Of a DNA stretch of 28,461 nucleotides, positions 18,219-26,763 are shown one piece after another. Within the stretch, counting starts at the first letter, position 1. Each line of letters begins with the position of its first letter. The DNA is from Promethearchaeota archaeon (GTDB lineage Archaea; Asgardarchaeota; Lokiarchaeia; Sigyniarchaeales; SOKP01): assembly GCA_019057865.1 (NCBI GenBank), contig JAHLWP010000044.1:1-28461 (forward strand). The letters are read 5' to 3'. The position numbers and the translations under genes were made by a program. The notes beneath the pieces were generated by a model, which saw nothing but the letters and a program-made list of their open reading frames with translations, had not been told where the DNA came from and ran no database searches.

Positions 18219-19508
18219 TTATTTTAAATTCACAAAAATATGATATAACTTACAAATTATTCCTTCTCGATGATGTTTTGTAACAGTTAATTTAATTTCT
18301 GCTGGACAGTCTCTTTGTTCGGAAATATCTTCAATAGAAAAATCTGAAAGGGGATATTTCCAATCAAAATTTTTTAGATAATCTAAATACTTCATCCATA
18401 GAGTGAAAAAATTATCTGTTTTCGAATATACAATGATTATATTTACTGAGAGGCCAATAACATCATAGTCAAATAATTTATTCAAATGTTCTGAAATCAC
18501 AGACGAATTTAAATAAGTTAAAATAAAATTTTCACAGATATGTTTTAATTCATTATTTTTATCAACTATTCTGATATCTAATTCACCCATACCTCCTTGA
18601 GTTAATTGATCATCATAACCCTTTTTTGTCTTACCAGAGGGTTCTTGAGTATGAGGAAAATATCCCAAACTTTTCAAACTTCTTCTTAAAAACTCCACTA
18701 ATATAATGGAATATTTATCTTCATCAGGTTTTATAGCTCTGTTTTTTTCTTGTAGTGATTTTAAATCTTTTATTATTAATTTCACTACTTCTTCTCCTTT
18801 TTCTTCAATCAGAATAAAAGCTAAATTTAATATCCTATCAATAGCTACTTCAATATCTAATTTAGTTTTAAGGCAAAATTTTGCAATCTCTGATATTATA
18901 TAATCTTTTATATTTAAAGGATAAAAATTTAAAATCCTTTTATTAATCATATCAATGCAATTTAACGCACCAGGTTTTCCTAGCTCAATATTCAAAGGAA
19001 TTATAATTTTATTTTCTTGAATACATTTTTCTACTAGATCATTAACACCTCGTGAGCCTCCCAAAATTATTAATATATCAGTTTTTTTAGCTAATTCACT
19101 ACGTAATTTTCCTCCATAACTTGATAATTTAGGTAATTCTCTTATTCTTGTAAAATTATACTTCATTAAATCTGAAACGAGTTTTTTCCTTTCTGAAGGT
19201 ATTTTACTTTTATATGAATGATATAAAATAGCTAATATAGTGGATTTTTCATCATTTGAAATGTCTTTATAAAATTCATTAATGCCTTCTATTATTGTAT
19301 AATCAAAGATTAATGATAAATCATTTACTTTAAGTTCATCCCCAAATGTAATATTTAACTGTCCATTGCTTTTCAATATTTCAATAACCAACTTCTTTAT
19401 GAAGTTATGCGTTAATTTTATAATTTGAGCTGATGCAGAGTTATCTATACTCCCAGAAATATGAAACCTCAATTTATTAAAATCACTCAAATAATCGCAC
19501 CATTTCAT
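18219..19508 (-). CDS. putative CBASS effector: SLOG (TPALS/Cap17-N-like) domain + PD-(D/E)xK-like nuclease domain
   Basis: N: RFHISGS...LRSELAKKTDILIILGGSRGV..L.....KIIIPL (SLOG fold). C: EDKYS...QEPSG..GELDIRI...ICEN...HLNKLFDYD..G...IIVYSK. Overlaps the CD-NTase stop. Confidence 0.7.
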   Translation of the reverse strand: MKWCDYLSDFNKLRFHISGSIDNSASAQIIKLTHNFIKKLVIEILKSNGQLNITFGDELKVNDLSLIFDYTIIEGINEFYKDISNDEKSTILAILYHSYKSKIPSERKKLVSDLMKYNFTRIRELPKLSSYGGKLRSELAKKTDILIILGGSRGVNDLVEKCIQENKIIIPLNIELGKPGALNCIDMINKRILNFYPLNIKDYIISEIAKFCLKTKLDIEVAIDRILNLAFILIEEKGEEVVKLIIKDLKSLQEKNRAIKPDEDKYSIILVEFLRRSLKSLGYFPHTQEPSGKTKKGYDDQLTQGGMGELDIRIVDKNNELKHICENFILTYLNSSVISEHLNKLFDYDVIGLSVNIIIVYSKTDNFFTLWMKYLDYLKNFDWKYPLSDFSIEDISEQRDCPAEIKLTVTKHHREGIICKLYHIFVNLK

Positions 19509-20418
19509 CTACTGAAGAATTAGATATAGCATGCTCCATTTTCCTAGTTACTCTTCCAAGATAAGAACTTAATTTTTTTCTGTTTTGACTATTTGATGCT
19601 CCCAATTTAGAATCAATATATTTAGATTGACCAGTTATCTCTCCTATTGGTTTCAATACCCTTATCTGAGCTTTCCTAATAAAATGTATTAACATCCTTG
19701 GATTTGTTTTAGGACCTGAATAATCTTTAAAAATATCTGTAGCTAATGCCTCAATGTGATAACCTGACATTTTAACTTGTTTTGGAGCTTTTTCATTAAT
19801 CGGTTTAAATAATTTTATTACTGGGACAACCATACCATTGTTCTCTTTATTAACTTCTGTTAAATTTTTGGCAAATTTCTCTGGTTTTATGATCTTAGTC
19901 CATGTATTATCTTTAGTACTTGCTATTTTTACACCAGTTTTTCTTTTTAATGTAGGTAGTAACTGGATTTCAATATCCGAACTTTTAAATTTCACTGTAA
20001 CAGCTAAATCACCAATTGTTACCTCGCTATTAGGTAATCTTGTTTCCAATCTTCCTTTAAAATAATCTAAAACTTCTTTTGGTGACTTTTTATTAAGATC
20101 TGAATTATTTAAAAATACTAACATGTCAATGTCACTTAATCCATCCACATATGTGTATTTTTTCACTGAACCTCCAAAGAGTAAATTAAGGGAGCCGTCA
20201 ATTTCATTTTCTAATGCTTTTACTATAGTTTCTAGATGTGTTTTAATCTTTTCCTTATCTCTTGAATTATAATTTTTTAAAAATTCCTTTAATTTTTCTT
20301 GAACTTCTGTATAATAACTAGGTTCTGCTTCTTTGAATTCATCCAGCTTTTTAAAATTATTTGGATTGTATTTTTTTTTTCTTTTATTTTGAGTTCCTTT
20401 TGTTCTTGAATCTCCCAT
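19483..20418 (-). CDS. cGAS/DncV-like nucleotidyltransferase (CBASS oligonucleotide cyclase)
   Basis: FGGSVKKYTYVDGLSDIDMLV, AVTVKF..IEIQLLP, PEKFAKNLTEVN....VVPVIKLFK, GYHIEALA. Confidence 0.88.
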   Translation of the reverse strand: MGDSRTKGTQNKRKKKYNPNNFKKLDEFKEAEPSYYTEVQEKLKEFLKNYNSRDKEKIKTHLETIVKALENEIDGSLNLLFGGSVKKYTYVDGLSDIDMLVFLNNSDLNKKSPKEVLDYFKGRLETRLPNSEVTIGDLAVTVKFKSSDIEIQLLPTLKRKTGVKIASTKDNTWTKIIKPEKFAKNLTEVNKENNGMVVPVIKLFKPINEKAPKQVKMSGYHIEALATDIFKDYSGPKTNPRMLIHFIRKAQIRVLKPIGEITGQSKYIDSKLGASNSQNRKKLSSYLGRVTRKMEHAISNSSVDEMVRLFE

Positions 20419-20421
20419 TTT

Positions 20422-21588
20422 TTACCACCAAATGTTATAAGTATTTTTTATTTCATTTTTATTAGATCTTGCGATTTCTTTATAATTATGCAATTTTTGT
20501 TTTCTTTTTTGATTAATAATCTCGTTTGATAATAGTTTTGAGTTCTTTATAAATGTCCAAGTAAGACTCGCATAATAATCAGGAAAAATCAAATCTTTAG
20601 GACTTGCTTTTATTGGACTAGTTGATATTAATAAAAGTTTAAAAGTTTTATAGTTTTTAATAGAATTTGCTGTATGAAAAATTTTCGATTTAATGCCTCG
20701 TTCATTATCTTTATTTATTTCTTGCATAGGAATGCCTATCACTTTAAAATTTGCTTTTAGCATAAAGTCCATATATTTCTTGGTGAATACTGGTATCATT
20801 GGTGGAACTAATCCAATTTGTGAGCAATTCATTTCATTAATTTTTCTATTGGCAATTGTGATATCCTTTAATCTTAATAATGTAATAAATAAAGGTTGAT
20901 TCCAATAGAAGTTTGCATCTATGGTTGTTATAACATCAACATTCATCAAATTTACCTGTTCAATGAATTTTGGAATATTTTGCATTATCTTTTCACAAAA
21001 TTTATCTTGAATATTAGTTGTGAGAAGGATTCTTCCACTAAAATTCAATAATTCGTGCAAATCAACCAAATATTCTCTCTTTATTAATTCATTCTCATTT
21101 GGGGACATTATTTTTTGAAGGCTTACATTTAAGATTTTAATTTTACAAGATTTTATAACTTTTATCTGTTCCTTTCTTAGTTTTGGGGAATGGATATCAA
21201 TTTTGGGAATGTAATTATGCTTTAATTCATATTCTGGATTCTTTACATTATATTGTAAAATATTAATTTTCTTAATGTCTGGAATCTCATTTTCAGAGAT
21301 TTTATTCTCATTAGCTCTTTGACATAAATCTAAATTATAACAGCTTTGGCATTCCTTTGGAAAATTTGAGAATTTTAAGTTATATTTTAAGCAACATTCA
21401 TTAGAGAAACTCAGAGTACAATATTTACATAATTTAAAAAAGCGACATTCTATGGGTAAGACAAAATTCTTAGATTCTTTGGATTTATGCTTTTGAATTT
21501 TTTTAATTCTTTGATTTTGAATAAAATCTTCATTCTTTAAGTAATCTTTGATTGGATAGATTTTCTCACTCTGATAGCCAAGTCCCAT
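20422..21588 (-). CDS. Cys-rich N-terminal domain + divergent TGT/DUF4417-like TIM-barrel protein
   Basis: CRFFKLCKYC...CC...CQSC...C, then strand motifs DVITTIDANFYWNQP / QIGLVP / KVIGIP / KLLLISTSP / PDYYASLTW paralleling tRNA-guanine transglycosylase-like barrels. Stop is 3 nt before the CD-NTase ATG. Confidence 0.5.
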   Translation of the reverse strand: MGLGYQSEKIYPIKDYLKNEDFIQNQRIKKIQKHKSKESKNFVLPIECRFFKLCKYCTLSFSNECCLKYNLKFSNFPKECQSCYNLDLCQRANENKISENEIPDIKKINILQYNVKNPEYELKHNYIPKIDIHSPKLRKEQIKVIKSCKIKILNVSLQKIMSPNENELIKREYLVDLHELLNFSGRILLTTNIQDKFCEKIMQNIPKFIEQVNLMNVDVITTIDANFYWNQPLFITLLRLKDITIANRKINEMNCSQIGLVPPMIPVFTKKYMDFMLKANFKVIGIPMQEINKDNERGIKSKIFHTANSIKNYKTFKLLLISTSPIKASPKDLIFPDYYASLTWTFIKNSKLLSNEIINQKRKQKLHNYKEIARSNKNEIKNTYNIWW

Positions 21589-21632
21589 CTTCTTATACCT
21601 TCAATTAATATATCTATCTATCTAGTGATTCG

Positions 21633-21648
21633 TTTTATATATATAAAA
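21633..21648. promoter_or_regulatory. perfect 16-bp palindrome TTTTATATATATAAAA; probable TATA element/operator of the divergent promoter region
   Basis: Lies between divergent starts 21588 (-) and 21765 (+). Low complexity, so significance is limited. Confidence 0.4.
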
Positions 21649-21764
21649 ATTTTTCTATATTCACAAATAAATTTGAGAATTATTGTTAACTTTTTAAATA
21701 TTTCAGTAAATTATATTTTATTTTGATATTTATATTAAAATAATATAATGAGGATTTATGGATC

Positions 21765-22595
21765 ATGAAAGAATTTAATCGAGTGGTTATGATTTCTCCA
21801 GTTGGTCTTGAAAAAGACAGAATTTTAACAGGATTTAAAAAATTTGGGATAACCCATTTATATTTAATTCAGAGTGAAGAGAAAGAAAATGATAACGATG
21901 AAAAGAGATTAAGTGATATAGTAAGGTTATTTGCCAACGATTTAAAGAATAACCTCATAAAAATATATGAAGAAAATTTAGAAATTATCAATGCAAATGT
22001 GACAGATTTAAAAGATTGTATGAGGGTATTGAAAGGAATTACAGATTTAGAATTAAAAAAGAATTGCAATAAAATTTATGTTAATATTAGTACATCTTCC
22101 AAAATTTTTGCAATCGCAGCAGTTTATCTTGCAGGATTAGTTCCGAATATAATAATTCCTTTTTATGCTAGAACATCAAACTATTTGGTTCAAGATTTTA
22201 TTGAAATCTTAAACAATAAAGATCTTCTTCATAATCCTAAAGAATGTGTTGATGAATTAATTAGAATAAAAGACAATTTCTTCCAGAGTGGATGGACAAC
22301 AGGAAAATATGAAATTAAAATAATACCTGCTTTACCTTTTAAAAAATTTACAGAATTCCAGAAGGATATATTTAATAAATTAATAAAAAGAGATTATATT
22401 TGTAAAATAAACGAATTGGTTAAAAATAGGAAAAATAAAAACATTAATGAAAGATCTTTTCGCTCAAAACTGTCATACGCTCTTCATGATTTAATTTCTT
22501 ATGGTTTAGTTGAGAAAACCAAAAAAGGTAAATTTGTATATTTAACTCTTACAGAAATAGGTGAAATTTTTGGTAAGTATTTAATAATTGTGTAA
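21765..22595 (+). CDS. CARF-like (DUF6293/Csa3-type) domain + winged-helix transcriptional regulator
   Basis: VMISPVGLEKDRI...THLYLI; IYVNISTSSKIFAIAAVYLA; C-terminal KLSYALHDLISYGLVEKTKKGKFVYLTLTEIG wHTH. Confidence 0.8.
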   Translation: MKEFNRVVMISPVGLEKDRILTGFKKFGITHLYLIQSEEKENDNDEKRLSDIVRLFANDLKNNLIKIYEENLEIINANVTDLKDCMRVLKGITDLELKKNCNKIYVNISTSSKIFAIAAVYLAGLVPNIIIPFYARTSNYLVQDFIEILNNKDLLHNPKECVDELIRIKDNFFQSGWTTGKYEIKIIPALPFKKFTEFQKDIFNKLIKRDYICKINELVKNRKNKNINERSFRSKLSYALHDLISYGLVEKTKKGKFVYLTLTEIGEIFGKYLIIV

Positions 22596-22794
22596 TATAA
22601 ATCAAAAAAGAGTATAATTAAATACAATTTTCTCTTAACTATTTTCAGCCATTCTTATTCTTTAAATTTAAATTATGGAAAAATTTGTTGAGTTCTCATT
22701 ATCTCTGAATTTAATTTTCTTATTTTTGCAATCATTTTTCTTAGGATTTTTGCATTATTTCTTCTTTGATTTGCAAAAATTATTCTTTGTTACA

Positions 22795-23058
22795 TTAATG
22801 TAATATATTTTCACGTTTTCGAGCTTCCCACTCTGCCCTTTTTCCTTGATTATACCTATTTACTTCACTATAATAACCAGTTATCCTAGAATATACTTTT
22901 ACATCTTTAGAGTGACATTGAGGACAAGAAAATTGTCCTCCTCGAAATATTCTCCTACATAATGGGCAATATGTAAAATCTATTGTATACGCAAAGTAAG
23001 CTGTGTTGGTATTAAGACAAATATTCTTTGTAAGTTCCCATAAATCAATAATATCTTG
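22795..23058 (-). pseudogene. nrdD: 3' fragment (87 codons) of class III anaerobic ribonucleotide reductase
   Basis: Manual translation: ...TAYFAYTIDFTYCPLCRRIFRGGQFSCPQCHSKDVKVYSRITGYYSEVNRYNQGKRAEWEARKRENILH*. Shows the Zn ribbon and RITGY glycyl-radical loop. No in-frame ATG/GTG/TTG; preceded by TAA. Confidence 0.88.
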
Positions 23059-23283
23059 TTAAACGAACTAAAAAGAGAATTGATTGAATATTCAGATGGT
23101 TTATTTTATATAGAAAAAGTATCAGGAGTGAAATTCTTATTACAAACTGAAATTGAAGCAATTTGGAGAAATAATTCTATATTAAAGAAAGTACATTTCA
23201 TCGTCACATTTCCTAATTTCGAAAAATTAGAAGAAGTTATTGAGTATCTATCGAAATTTGGAAATTTAAATTTAGAGGGTTAA
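23056..23283 (+). pseudogene. internal fragment 1 of endonuclease Q (TIGR00375-like PHP family)
   Basis: LNELKRELIEYSDGLF..FLLQTEIEAIW..KKVHFIVTFPNFE..E.LSKFGNL..EG matches the EndoQ segment between GTGD..HP.W and GRP. The N-terminal HxH motif is missing. Confidence 0.72.
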
Positions 23284-23293
23284 ATTTAGAGGG
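23266..23293 (+). repeat. perfect 14-bp tandem duplication TTAAATTTAGAGGG x2
   Basis: Copies at 23266-23279 and 23280-23293. The duplication creates the stop ending endoQ fragment 1. Confidence 0.9.
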
Positions 23294-23341
23294 AAAGAAA
23301 TTTTGCTAGATGGATTTTATCACATACATTCATTTGATCAT

Positions 23342-24901
23342 TTACTTTTTTATAGCATTATTATATTCTTTCATTGATGAATCAATCAACTCATTATATT
23401 TTGCTTCGATTTTTATGTTTAATTCATCTTTAAATTTATTGTCAGGACAAAAAACTCGAAAAATGTGGAATTCTGATTTATTACTCTGAAAGTTTATTGA
23501 ACTTTCAATATTATTTAAATAGTGGAATTGATCAGTATCAGGATCGTGAAAAAGGATTGATTCACCTTGATAATCATTTGGATCTTCAGGATCTTCCATA
23601 ATTATATTACTTAATGGTGCAGCTACTGTATTGTTTAATATAATCAGAGGTGATGCACAATCTTTACTCAATTCATTTTTTATCCAAGATTCAAGATCTT
23701 TAAATACCGTTTCTAAAATGCTATCTAATACTCTTTTTCCTTTGTTATTTTTAATTATACTTTTTAATCTATTTATCTCCCATATTAGTTCCGATTTCTT
23801 TCTCTGGAATAATAAGTCCAAATAAGTTTTAAGCAACTTAAGATCTGGATTAAATTGTTTGGATGATAACTTTTTCAATTTGTGCCAGCAATTTCGCATA
23901 CAATTCCATAAATAATAATCATCAAACATATGCCATAATTCAAAAAATCTTTGGATTTGTTGCTCATTTAGTTTTTTTTCATTTAATATTAGTGATAATA
24001 TTTTATCAGGCTTTATAGGTAAGGAATCCTCTATCTCATTCAATTTATCAGAGTTTATCATAATTCTATATGATTCACTCAATAAATAATCAAAATAACA
24101 TTTGACTTTATGAAAATAAACTGAATTATACATAAACATTCGTGCAAAATAGTAATTGTCAATGGCATTTATTGCCTTTGTTGAATATACAAGTATATTG
24201 TCTGATAGTGGTTGTCCTGTAGAAGTTCGCTCTTTTATAAATGCTTTCCTTAAAATTTGATCCATATCAATCTGCCCAAATGAAACACCTGTAGAATAGG
24301 AGTCTCGAACGAGATAATCCATTCTATCAGCATCAAGTTCAGAATGTAGTATTTGATTAAACAATGGGAACCTTGAAGCGCCTTGAATAATTTGACTGAT
24401 ATTTTCCCTATCTTGTTCTATAATGCTAAGATCTGGCCCTCTTGGATAATAGATATCTGTTTTTTTTATTATTTCACCACTTAGCCATTCATGAAATTTC
24501 TTCTTAATTTCAATTTTTGGATATTTTTCTACTATGTAATCTTCGATTATATATTCTGTACAATGCGAATAAGGTAAATGACCAATATCATGTAGAAGTG
24601 CAGCCGCTCTAATTAATTTTTGATATTTTTCTAGTATTTCGAACTTTTCTATAATTTTTGAATTAGGTTTTGGCAATTTTTTAAAACTTTCAATCATTTT
24701 CGAAGTTACAGCTAAAACCCCAAGTGAATGAGAGAATCTTGTATTTCTAGCTGTAGGAAATACCATATGTAAAGTTCCCAATTGATTGATATTATGCAAT
24801 CTTTGAAATATTAATTTATCTATAATGTCTATTTCATCTTGAGTTAATTTAATAAAACCATAAATCGGATCAAAAATTTCTTTAACATAAGATAAATCCA
24901 T
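23342..24901 (-). CDS. HD-domain phosphohydrolase (SAMHD1/YwfO-like dNTP triphosphohydrolase family)
   Basis: DPIYGFI, FQRL..INQLG, RFSHSLGV, AALLHDIGHLPYSH, DADRMDYLVRDS..TGV.FG, VYFHK. Confidence 0.9.
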   Translation of the reverse strand: MDLSYVKEIFDPIYGFIKLTQDEIDIIDKLIFQRLHNINQLGTLHMVFPTARNTRFSHSLGVLAVTSKMIESFKKLPKPNSKIIEKFEILEKYQKLIRAAALLHDIGHLPYSHCTEYIIEDYIVEKYPKIEIKKKFHEWLSGEIIKKTDIYYPRGPDLSIIEQDRENISQIIQGASRFPLFNQILHSELDADRMDYLVRDSYSTGVSFGQIDMDQILRKAFIKERTSTGQPLSDNILVYSTKAINAIDNYYFARMFMYNSVYFHKVKCYFDYLLSESYRIMINSDKLNEIEDSLPIKPDKILSLILNEKKLNEQQIQRFFELWHMFDDYYLWNCMRNCWHKLKKLSSKQFNPDLKLLKTYLDLLFQRKKSELIWEINRLKSIIKNNKGKRVLDSILETVFKDLESWIKNELSKDCASPLIILNNTVAAPLSNIIMEDPEDPNDYQGESILFHDPDTDQFHYLNNIESSINFQSNKSEFHIFRVFCPDNKFKDELNIKIEAKYNELIDSSMKEYNNAIKK

Positions 24902-24945
24902 TACTTTAACCCATTTAATTCGAAAATGTTAACAAAATAAATAAT

Positions 24946-25473
24946 CTAAATAAAGTTAGATGACTTTAATATATCCCAATAATTACTAATTGGTTGATCT
25001 TTTAATTCTGGTTTTCTTTCAATAAACTCTTTGATTGTATTCGTTTTTGAATTTCTACATTTCGAAAAAGTATGTTTATCTATAAATAGGAGCGAGGCTA
25101 AGATTTCCAAGTCTTCAGTGTCATATTCCCGTCTGAATTCTTTTTCAAAAGAAGATTTTAATTTATTTATACTAGAAACAGCATTATCAAAAGTCGTATT
25201 ATAAGCATTTTTCTCATTTATCATATCTATGAATGATCTATTTTGATTCCACAATTCATCAATATAAAATAGATCCTTCGTTAAATCTGGGGAATATGGG
25301 CCTCTTATATACCAATTATAATTATAATTTAACTCATTAGATAACTCATTTAATAAAAAAATTAATTTTTGGCAAAAAAGTCGATTTTTAAATACACTCA
25401 TATTAAAGGATTTCTTTTTGTCGGCTTCTATTATATATCCTAATCGGGATAGTGCTACAATTAATTTCTCCAT
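24946..25473 (-). CDS. YwgA-like / Panacea (DUF4065)-like winged-helix protein
   Basis: NRLFCQKLIFLL...YNYNWYIRGPYSPDL...LEILASLLF. Directly upstream of the HD gene, as in ywgA/ywfO-type pairs. ATG at 25473. Confidence 0.72.
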   Translation of the reverse strand: MEKLIVALSRLGYIIEADKKKSFNMSVFKNRLFCQKLIFLLNELSNELNYNYNWYIRGPYSPDLTKDLFYIDELWNQNRSFIDMINEKNAYNTTFDNAVSSINKLKSSFEKEFRREYDTEDLEILASLLFIDKHTFSKCRNSKTNTIKEFIERKPELKDQPISNYWDILKSSNFI

Positions 25474-25724
25474 ATATAATATAAAGATCAATGCATTTAT
25501 AAAGATTAAGACTTAGATTAATCATAGGTTTTTAATTCTGATATTGTAGGTGTAGGAAATCTAGAAGAGATTAGATAAATTAAATTAAAACTATTTGATA
25601 AGGGAGATCCTTTAATAATAATTTTAAATTTGTTAGTCCTAAGCTTGCTATTAATATTTGTCTTTATTGTAGAAAAGAGCTAACTTAATCTATTATCTAG
25701 AGTTCAAGAATTAAATAATAAAAT

Positions 25725-26030
25725 ATTTTTTCACCATTTTTCAGTATTTTAGGCGCTAAGGTAGATTTTAAATCAATGAAAGAAGCTTTGAAAGGTGGAA
25801 TACTTTAAGTCCACGCAATAGAAACTGGTTTAAGTGCAGATCCATTAATGATAAGAAGTATTTCAGAGTTAAATAGATTTTCAATTATATCAAATTCAGA
25901 CAGCCATTCTACAAATTTCATAGATTAGGAAGAGAAGCAACTCTTCTTGATATTAACAAAGTAAATTACCTCAATATGATTTATTCAATCAGAAATAATA
26001 GGATTATTATAACATATGAATTTAAGCATC
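25725..26030 (+). pseudogene. internal fragment 2 of endonuclease Q, decayed
   Basis: IFSPFFSILG...*VHAIETGLSADPLMIRSISELNRFSIISNSDSHS / RLGREATLL...TYEFK. In-frame TAA at 25806-25808 and a frameshift near 25917. Confidence 0.8.
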
Positions 26031-26138
26031 CTGGAAATAATGCTATTATTTTAAATTATTTTTAAAATATTACAATTTTAAATACTCCTTTTTGGAATAA
26101 TTTCTGTTCAATAATGCAAAATAATAAATTCACATCTC

Positions 26139-26738
26139 TTGGGTTTTATGTTGAATTACAATTCACCACCAGATTTTAGTTCTATACTTGATCCCATAAG
26201 CCAATTTTTTGATGGATTCAACTATTTCTTTTACAATTTTTTCCATTTTGGAAATTATATTTTGTTTTTTATCTTTTTGATTATGGGAATAATTCTACTT
26301 ATGAGCGCAAGAGAAAAAGAATATAGCGAGCGAATTATGGGTAAAATTGAAATGATTAAAAAAAGAGGGAGAACAGGAACCGTAATTTGCCTACTTATTT
26401 CCATAGGCTTCTTATCAAAAGGATTAACCGTTTTATTATATCGCTTTTTCACATTTATTCCTGAACCAGAATTTGTTGTGAAATTTTTGGGAAATGAATT
26501 TGATTCAATAAATTCAATAGAAGAAATCCACTCAATTGACTTATATGGGAAAAGTTTTTTCTTTTTTATCAGCTTTTTATCATTTTTATCTTTGATTCTA
26601 ATGTCTATTGGCATCTACTTAATATTTTTCAATAAATTCATCATTCGTTCCAAGTTGAAATTTCTAACCTTTATCGGATTTGGCTTATTTTTTGGTTTTC
26701 TCGTTGGATTTAGAACTTCTCTAAAATTATTAGTATAA
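26139..26738 (+). CDS. hypothetical integral membrane protein (~4 TM)
   Basis: 199-aa ORF with several long hydrophobic segments. Confidence 0.7.
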   Translation: MGFMLNYNSPPDFSSILDPISQFFDGFNYFFYNFFHFGNYILFFIFLIMGIILLMSAREKEYSERIMGKIEMIKKRGRTGTVICLLISIGFLSKGLTVLLYRFFTFIPEPEFVVKFLGNEFDSINSIEEIHSIDLYGKSFFFFISFLSFLSLILMSIGIYLIFFNKFIIRSKLKFLTFIGFGLFFGFLVGFRTSLKLLV

Positions 26739-26763
26739 TTTTATTTCTGCTAGTATTTAATTC

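Noticed and set aside
21765-22595. CRISPR-Cas locus suggested by the Csa3-like CARF protein
   Set aside because: No repeat-spacer array or cas genes anywhere in the window.
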